From positions 93,106-157,105 of the forward strand of contig CBFIET010000122.1 in the NCBI GenBank assembly GCA_965661685.1: a DNA stretch of 64,000 nucleotides, given 5' to 3'. Source of the DNA: Planctomycetota bacterium. Lineage in GTDB: Bacteria; Planctomycetota; UBA8108; UBA1146. Made by a program: the position numbers and the translations under genes. A model generated the notes under the pieces. That model saw only the letters and a list, made by a program, of their open reading frames with translations, was not told where the DNA came from and ran no database searches. Every line of letters begins with the position of its first letter. The stretch's first letter is position 1. Shown here piece after piece: positions 57,763 to 64,000 of this stretch.

Positions 57763-58649
57763 CCATGGCTCCTCTCGGCTCGCTCGAGGAGGTGGGCCCG
57801 ATACAGTTCCTGTAGCCGACCGGTGATCGAACCCTCGTCTAGGCTGCTCAGTTCTCGACCGTCGATCGACTGCACAGCACAGACCCCTCGTACCGAAGCG
57901 GTGACGAATGCTTCCCGGGCGCCGAGCAGATGGGAGAGGGGGAAGGATCCCTCGACCACCTCGATGGCGGAGGATTCCAGCAGATCGATCACCGATCTCC
58001 TGGTGATCCCTGCCAGAACTCGATCCTCGCCGCAGGTAAACACGGTGGAATCCTCCACCCAGAACAGATTGGCCGCAGTCGCCTCGGTGACGACTCCGTC
58101 TCCATCGAGCAACACCGCCTCGTCACATCCGCTGCGCAGCGCCTCATCCCTGGCGATGATCGAGGGCAAGTAGTTGCCGCACTTGACCCGGGGATCGAGA
58201 ACCTGCGGGGACGGCTTCTGTTGCCTCGCCACCATCAGAGAGAGCGGCTCGGAGGTGGAGTCCTCATCAATTTCCGTTGCCATGATGACGAGTCGCGGCT
58301 GACAGCCCCCCGGTGCATGGCTACCGCCGATCCGATCTCCCCTAGACACGGTGATCCGCACGACCACATCACACCCCGGAGAAAACTTCTCCTGCAGACG
58401 ACAGATCTGTCGCCGCACATCGTCATCATCGAGGGTGTAGTCGAATTGCATCCGTCGCAGTGACTCCTCGAGTCTCTTCAGATGGTCTGGCAGAAACAGG
58501 GCGTTTCCACCGTGAGTGCGAAGGGTCTCGAATACCGAATCTCCGTAGAGGAATCCTCGATCGAGAACACTCACCGTCGCAAGTCTGGTGTCGACCACCT
58601 CGCCGCCGATGGATGTCCAGGAGCGCGGCCTGGAGATGGCTTCCTTCAC
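57759..58649 (-). CDS. class-IV (fold type IV) aminotransferase (BCAT / D-amino-acid aminotransferase / ADC-lyase family); GTG start 58649 overlapping the upstream stop (GTGA)
   Basis: VSVLDRGFLYGDSVFETLR, catalytic-Lys region KCGNYLPSI, and LAGITRRSV motifs. Confidence 0.75.
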   Translation of the reverse strand: MKEAISRPRSWTSIGGEVVDTRLATVSVLDRGFLYGDSVFETLRTHGGNALFLPDHLKRLEESLRRMQFDYTLDDDDVRRQICRLQEKFSPGCDVVVRITVSRGDRIGGSHAPGGCQPRLVIMATEIDEDSTSEPLSLMVARQQKPSPQVLDPRVKCGNYLPSIIARDEALRSGCDEAVLLDGDGVVTEATAANLFWVEDSTVFTCGEDRVLAGITRRSVIDLLESSAIEVVEGSFPLSHLLGAREAFVTASVRGVCAVQSIDGRELSSLDEGSITGRLQELYRAHLLERAERSHG

Positions 58650-59680
58650 GGAGACGGTTCTTCCAGTAATCCGCCACTGTTCCCTGACAGTTGAAGTTCC
58701 ACCGCTTGCTCTGACAGGGCTGGAAACAGCAGCGCAGAGGATTCTCCGCACGCTCCTGGAAAGATGACCCTGCCCCCGGCACTGCTGATGCGCGCAGGAG
58801 TGGCGGGACAGGCGATCTGGTACACCGCACGCGCCTTCAACGCTTCGCAACCATCGAGCAGTGGGATCCAGTGCTTCCAATCTTCGCGAAACGATGTGAA
58901 TTGATCCCAGTTCACTGCCGGATTGGAAGCCTCATCGGCTGCGCAATCTTCGTACAGTCTCAGTTCATGAAAACCATCACCCCGATCGAAAAGAATCGCA
59001 CGATCTTCGTGCCACTGGATGATGGGAGGTAACTCCTCATCCAGTTGAAGGGTGAAGATGGATACGGTCTCCCGCTGAAAAGGATGTCGAACGCCAAGTT
59101 TTTCGAGCCAGTGGAGGGAGGAAACCCCTGTACACAGGTAAACCTTTTCGGCGACCCCCTCGCGAATTCCGGCACTGAAGTGGACCGAATCGGGCTTCTC
59201 CACCAGGGTCGACAGCGCTGATCCGGGAAAGAAGAGACCTCCCGCCTTGCGAATCCTCCACATCAGAGCGGAAGCGACCGTCACCGAGTCGACGGTGGAG
59301 GCAGATCCATCGATGGAGCAAACGGGACCGCTAGCACTGAGATTGGACCAGCGGCGCATCGCATCGGCGCCATCGAGGGTCTCCAGCGAGTTCTTCTGGG
59401 CCCGAGGCAACAGCGCGCCACAACGTCGCAGCTGCGGATCCACCTCGATCCAGTCGGACCAACCCTCGTAGAGTTCCCGCGCCCGATCGACCAGGGCAGA
59501 CCAGCTCCCCTCTCGTGGCGGCAGTAACGGGGCCCTCTCACCAGTAGGACCCGCCTGAGGAGAATCCAGAGAATCGAGGAGGATCACCGATCCCTGCTCT
59601 CTGCGGAGCAGATGATCAACCACCGCCAGACCGGTGGAACCAGCCCCCACCACCAGATGTTCGCAATGTAGCGGTTTCAA
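58646..59680 (-). CDS. FAD-dependent oxidoreductase (DAO family; glycine/D-amino-acid oxidase-like)
   Basis: N-terminal dinucleotide-binding HLVVGAGSTGLAVVDHL. Overall DAO-like length and organisation. Confidence 0.7.
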   Translation of the reverse strand: MKPLHCEHLVVGAGSTGLAVVDHLLRREQGSVILLDSLDSPQAGPTGERAPLLPPREGSWSALVDRARELYEGWSDWIEVDPQLRRCGALLPRAQKNSLETLDGADAMRRWSNLSASGPVCSIDGSASTVDSVTVASALMWRIRKAGGLFFPGSALSTLVEKPDSVHFSAGIREGVAEKVYLCTGVSSLHWLEKLGVRHPFQRETVSIFTLQLDEELPPIIQWHEDRAILFDRGDGFHELRLYEDCAADEASNPAVNWDQFTSFREDWKHWIPLLDGCEALKARAVYQIACPATPARISSAGGRVIFPGACGESSALLFPALSEQAVELQLSGNSGGLLEEPSP

Positions 59681-59837
59681 CGGCTATTCCTTCCGCACCC
59701 TCTTCCGATACGGAGACTATCACCTCCCAGGAGGTCTCTCCACCTTGACCGTCTTGACCCGAGGACACTTCTTCACAAGTATGGAGGCAACTCCGGAGTT
59801 GCCGGAGCACCCGTCCGATGTCTCAGTGGAGAGGAAC

Positions 59838-60245
59838 ATGCCGATGCTTCGAGGCTGCCATCCCCGTCGCCGCACCATCTGGGTGCTGCTTCCATTGCTC
59901 CTGATCACCCTCTCTGCCTGTCAATCGACCGGCTACAAGGTGACCAGCACCGGACCGTGGGCTGGCCTCTCGTCGGAGGAACCGACTGTCCGCATCACCA
60001 CGATCCATGCGATTCAAAGATCAGTAGATCGCAACAATGTGCCGCTCCTCTTCCCGCTCCTCAATGACAGCGATCGCTGGGTCCGCTTCAACGCTCGGGC
60101 AACGATCCTGTACCTGGCAGGAGAACGGCGAAATACTGCACCCAAGTACGACTACCTGTCCCCGCCCAGGGAGCGCAGATACGCCGTATCGGAACATGAG
60201 GCGTGGTGGCGAGAACTATCGAGACCTGTGCCTCCCACCTCCTGA
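59838..60245 (+). CDS. hypothetical lipoprotein; start ATG 59838 behind a GGAGAGGAA SD (the ORF's upstream extension to 59634 is not used)
   Basis: MPMLRGCHPRRRTIWVLLPLLLITLSACQS lipobox. No known domain recognised. Confidence 0.45.
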   Translation: MPMLRGCHPRRRTIWVLLPLLLITLSACQSTGYKVTSTGPWAGLSSEEPTVRITTIHAIQRSVDRNNVPLLFPLLNDSDRWVRFNARATILYLAGERRNTAPKYDYLSPPRERRYAVSEHEAWWRELSRPVPPTS

Positions 60246-60358
60246 AAATTTGATGCTCCAGAGAATTCAGTGAAGTTCCTTCCAGATCCAGCCGATGGGA
60301 AGTGATGAGGAATCTCCCGTGACGACGGTCACTGGAATTTCCCATCGAATAGTGCCCC

Positions 60359-61516
60359 ATGGATTGGGAGAGCAGGATGAATCAAGAAGTCAGCCCCACA
60401 ACCCAGTGGATGATCCGATTCCTGGTGACCACCTGCGTGGTCACCATTCTCGTGGTCATCCCTGCCCTTCTCAGCCCCTTCCCCACCAGTTCTCAACAGC
60501 AGACCATCTCCATCGCACTGGCTCACGCCGGCTCCCTTCGTAACGGCAGCCCCATCTCTTTTCGGGGAATCCGTGTCGGCAAGATCACGTCGGTAGAACT
60601 GTCCATCGCCTCCGAGAACAACATCGCCAGAGCACAGGATTCCAGCGACGAAGCGGTGGTTCTCGCCACCGGAACGATACAGCGTGAGGTACTGGCGTTG
60701 GTCACCGAGGACAGCACCGTCACCGTCCAGTCGAGTCCACACCCGGGCATCGATATCTTGCCAGGCACTGGCAACCCACTGATCGCTGGCACCACCCTGA
60801 GTTGCTCTGCATCTCCATTTGGGGACCCCCAGGATGAGTACATTGCGGCGATCCGCTCGCTGAGGATCGCCACCGATTCGATCGCCTCGCTGGCCGATCT
60901 TCTCGGCAGCGAGGGAGGATTGAAGGACACGCTCCGCACCATGGGAGATGCTGGCCACAGTGTCAGGGATACCGCCGAGGAACTTCGCATCCTCGTTCGC
61001 GACGGTCGCAGCCCGCTGCTGTCGTCGTTACAGCAAGCGGAAGAGATCCTCTATGAACTTCGTGCCCACACCCAGACGATCCCCGAAGTCTCCGAATCGA
61101 TCGTCCGCTTCGGTCGTAAGGGCGAGAGCGTCCTCTCCGGCATCGACAAGATCGTTCACGAGAACCGTGGTTCACTGAGAGCATCACTGGAGAACTTCGA
61201 GTCCACCACGGAAGATCTCCACGGACTCGCGGCAGACCTGCGGAGACGCCCATGGCGCATCCTCAAATCTCCTGGAGATCGGGAGAGCGCCTTCATCGCC
61301 CTGCACGAGAGTGCCAATCGCTACGCAGAGGGAGCACTCGAGGTGAGGAGAGCCACCGAACAGGTGCGGGATTTACTGGAGCGCAGGGGTGAAGACCGTG
61401 AGGTCATCCAGTTCCTCGGCACCGCACTTCAGGACCTCCGAGATCGCCTTGACCAGCAGCAGCAGCTGGAAGAAGGGCTTCATCAGAGAACCCAGGATCT
61501 GGCCAAGCCGCGCTAA
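60359..61516 (+). CDS. MCE/MlaD-family protein with long C-terminal coiled coil
   Basis: N-terminal TM. MCE core ISIALAHAGSLRNGSPISFRGIRVGKITSVEL. Helical C-terminal half. Alternative start at MNQEV (60377). Confidence 0.65.
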   Translation: MDWESRMNQEVSPTTQWMIRFLVTTCVVTILVVIPALLSPFPTSSQQQTISIALAHAGSLRNGSPISFRGIRVGKITSVELSIASENNIARAQDSSDEAVVLATGTIQREVLALVTEDSTVTVQSSPHPGIDILPGTGNPLIAGTTLSCSASPFGDPQDEYIAAIRSLRIATDSIASLADLLGSEGGLKDTLRTMGDAGHSVRDTAEELRILVRDGRSPLLSSLQQAEEILYELRAHTQTIPEVSESIVRFGRKGESVLSGIDKIVHENRGSLRASLENFESTTEDLHGLAADLRRRPWRILKSPGDRESAFIALHESANRYAEGALEVRRATEQVRDLLERRGEDREVIQFLGTALQDLRDRLDQQQQLEEGLHQRTQDLAKPR

Positions 61517-64000
61517 CGAGGTCGATTCTTGTTCGACTCCTTGCGCCTCTTGAGAAGTTCCGCCAGCACCTTGCCAGTGTGACTCTTCTTCGACCGTGCC
61601 ACCTTCTTCGGAGTCCCCTGTACCACCACCTTCCCTCCTCCATCGCCACCTTCAGGTCCCAGATCGATGATGTGATCGGCGGAAGCGATGAGGTCGAGGT
61701 CATGTTCGATGACCACCACCGTGTCTCCTCGGTCGACGAGGCGGTGAAGCATCTGAACCAGCAATCGAACATCTCCGAAGTGCAAACCGGTCGTCGGTTC
61801 ATCGAGGATGTAAATCCGCGTGCCCCTCGACCTCCTGCCCAGCTCAGCAGCAAGCTTGACGCGCTGCGCTTCTCCCCCCGACAGGGTGGTCGCAGATTGC
61901 CCAAGTGCCAGGTATCCGAGGCCAACATCGTCGAGAGCTTGAAGCATCGTCGAGATCGCCGGAATGTCCTCGAAGATCACTCGCGCCTGGCTCACATCCA
62001 TCTCCAGAACGTCCGAGATACTGGCACCCTTCCAGCGCGCCTCGAGGGTTTCCTTCTCGTAGCGACGACCTTTACACACCTCGCACTGGACCCATACATC
62101 GCTGAGGAAGTGCATCTCGATGCAGATCCCCCCCTTCCCCTCGCACGTTTCGCAGCGTCCACCGGTCACGTTGAAGGAGAACCTACCTGGACCCCAGCCA
62201 CGCATCCTGGCCAGGGCAGTTCGGGCAAAGAGGGAGCGAATCGGCGCCATCACGCCGGTGTAAGTCGCAGCGTTGGAGGATGGAGTACGACCGAGCGGTT
62301 GTTGATCGATGACTCCGAGGCCATCGAAGGCCTCGACCCCGTCGATTCGATCGTGCTCGGCGCTGGCGGGTCGCGCTCCTGCCAGCTGGGTTGCCAGTTC
62401 CCTCGACAGGATATCCATCACCAGCGTCGACTTCCCGGAGCCACTGACACCGGTGACACAGGTCAACGCACCGGTCGGAATCGTCACATCGATATTGCGC
62501 AAATTGTGAGCCCTGGCTCCGACGATGGTGAGTTCACCCCCATCTCCACTTCTCGTCTCTCCCACCTCCGACACCTGTTCCACCCCGGACAGGAAACGGC
62601 CAGTAGTTGAATTCTCATCGGCGATGATCTGCGCCGGAGTTCCCTGTGAAATCACCTCTCCACCGAGAACTCCTGCCGCCGGACCGAGATCGATGACGTG
62701 ATCACTGCGTCGAATGGTCCGATCATCGTGCTCGACCACCACCAGGGTGTTGCCCTGATCTCGAAGATCCTCGAGGGACTCGAGGAGCCTGTCCACGTCC
62801 CGCGGATGCAAACCGATGGTCGGTTCATCGAGGACGTAGAGGACCCCGACCAGTTGATTGCCGATCTGAGTGGCAAGGCGAATCCGTTGCGACTCTCCTC
62901 CTGAAAGGGTCTCGGTAGCTCGATCGAGGGCCAGGTATCCGAGACCAACCTTTTGAAGAAACAGTAGTCGGCTCGCCACCTCGATCTGGATCTGATCAGC
63001 GATCTCCTTGCGAACTCCCTGCAACTGCAGTTGCTGGAAAAACTCGAGGGCCTGGTCGACGGTTCTGGAGCACAGATCGGAGATGTTCTCCCCGCCGATA
63101 CGTACCTCCAGCAGTTCTTTCTTGAGACGACCGCCATGACACGACGGGCAGGTGAGGATGGCGAGGTGATCTTCGATGGCCTGGCGCCATCGGGGGGAAT
63201 TGGCGCGCTGGTGCCAGATCGACACCCTTTCCACCAGCCCTTCCCATGCCGAACCGGTGACCCTTCGCAGTCGTCCACTTCCCCTGCGCGTCCTGAAGGT
63301 CACCGGGTAGGAGATATCGCCGGTACCATCGAGGATCAACTTCCAACCATCCTCGCCGAGGGAATCGACAGGATGGTCCGGGTCAAAACCGTGGAAGCGC
63401 AGTGCCGCATCGATGACCTTGCGGACCCTTCCACTCTTGCGTCCGATCCACGAACCGAGGCGATGCCCCATGGCGCCACCGAAGAGGGGCAACTGTGGAT
63501 CGGTGATCAGCAATCGCGGATCGACCTGCTTCAATACCCCCAGTCCGGAGCAACTGTTACAGGCTCCTGAATGGTGATTGAAGGAGAAGAGGCGAGGAGT
63601 CAACTCCTCCGAAAGCATCATGTGACCATCCGGGCAAGATAGTCGTCTGGTGAACTGCTGGACCACGATTCCATCGGCGTCGGCGACCAGTAGCCTGTCT
63701 CCCCCGCGCCGGTAGGACTCCTCGACACTCTCGGAAACCCGGGCCCTTCCCGATTTCGCCGGGCGAAGGCGATCGATGACCACCTCCACCGTCGACTCAT
63801 CTTCGATGACCTGGCCCTCGATGTCATCGATGCGAACCACCGATCCATCGAGACGCACCCGTGCATATCCCTCACGGACCAGGTCATCGATCTGTGGATA
63901 GGGTCGTGCCAGCGGAGCCAATAACAGGGTCGGATCCTCACCACGCTGTTCGATGATGCTTCGACTCGCTGCAGCTGGAGTATGAGATTCCAGTGACGCC
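61513..64000 (-). CDS. uvrA: excinuclease ABC subunit A (UvrA); the ORF-track Met at 63921 is a TTG, and the frame stays open to the window edge (N-terminus outside the window)
   Basis: Two ABC ATPase modules (GVSGSGKSTLV, LSGGEAQRV, YILDEPTTGLH). Zn-finger Cys pairs. C-terminal ...VVQGTPKKVARS. Confidence 0.9.
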   Translation of the reverse strand, partial: ASLESHTPAAASRSIIEQRGEDPTLLLAPLARPYPQIDDLVREGYARVRLDGSVVRIDDIEGQVIEDESTVEVVIDRLRPAKSGRARVSESVEESYRRGGDRLLVADADGIVVQQFTRRLSCPDGHMMLSEELTPRLFSFNHHSGACNSCSGLGVLKQVDPRLLITDPQLPLFGGAMGHRLGSWIGRKSGRVRKVIDAALRFHGFDPDHPVDSLGEDGWKLILDGTGDISYPVTFRTRRGSGRLRRVTGSAWEGLVERVSIWHQRANSPRWRQAIEDHLAILTCPSCHGGRLKKELLEVRIGGENISDLCSRTVDQALEFFQQLQLQGVRKEIADQIQIEVASRLLFLQKVGLGYLALDRATETLSGGESQRIRLATQIGNQLVGVLYVLDEPTIGLHPRDVDRLLESLEDLRDQGNTLVVVEHDDRTIRRSDHVIDLGPAAGVLGGEVISQGTPAQIIADENSTTGRFLSGVEQVSEVGETRSGDGGELTIVGARAHNLRNIDVTIPTGALTCVTGVSGSGKSTLVMDILSRELATQLAGARPASAEHDRIDGVEAFDGLGVIDQQPLGRTPSSNAATYTGVMAPIRSLFARTALARMRGWGPGRFSFNVTGGRCETCEGKGGICIEMHFLSDVWVQCEVCKGRRYEKETLEARWKGASISDVLEMDVSQARVIFEDIPAISTMLQALDDVGLGYLALGQSATTLSGGEAQRVKLAAELGRRSRGTRIYILDEPTTGLHFGDVRLLVQMLHRLVDRGDTVVVIEHDLDLIASADHIIDLGPEGGDGGGKVVVQGTPKKVARSKKSHTGKVLAELLKRRKESNKNRPR

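Overview
This 64-kb window is a high-GC (~60%) bacterial chromosomal segment, densely coded on both strands, with many 1-4 nt start/stop overlaps (ATGA/GTGA/TTGA) that indicate operons. Housekeeping genes I can support from the translations:
- fadB-like 3-hydroxyacyl-CoA dehydrogenase C-terminal part (5' partial)
- pgk, an inositol-monophosphatase-family gene, a bifunctional-nuclease-domain gene and an IscS/NifS-family cysteine desulfurase
- the cell-elongation gene cluster mreB-mreC-mreD-mrdA(PBP2)-rodA
- ribE, gltX, a PHP-domain phosphoesterase, rho, an AroD-AroE fusion, deaD, a MlaD/MCE-like gene, and uvrA (N-terminus beyond the window edge)

Accessory content:
- two secreted proteins ending in type-I dockerins, one also carrying cohesin-like modules and the other three P-domain-like repeats plus a PKD domain
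- a TPR lipoprotein with an FG-GAP/ASPIC protein
- an orphan MamK-family actin gene coupled to a coiled-coil gene, with no other magnetosome genes nearby
- a protein with an HHAEP tandem repeat, followed by a ~400-nt structured non-coding region that ends in a strong intrinsic terminator
- four adjacent family-5 solute-binding-protein/permease ABC importer loci with only one pair of ATPase genes
- a Cys-type sulfatase with no canonical start codon
- an operon of a FAD oxidoreductase, a class-IV aminotransferase and acetoacetyl-CoA synthetase

Dockerin/cohesin modules, the sulfatase, the RG-rich Rho N-terminus and the peptide-transporter expansion suggest a Planctomycetota-like or related lineage; this is inference only. 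I found no rRNA, tRNA, CRISPR array or obvious mobile element. Fine coordinates of start codons were re-derived by hand and may be off by 1-3 nt.
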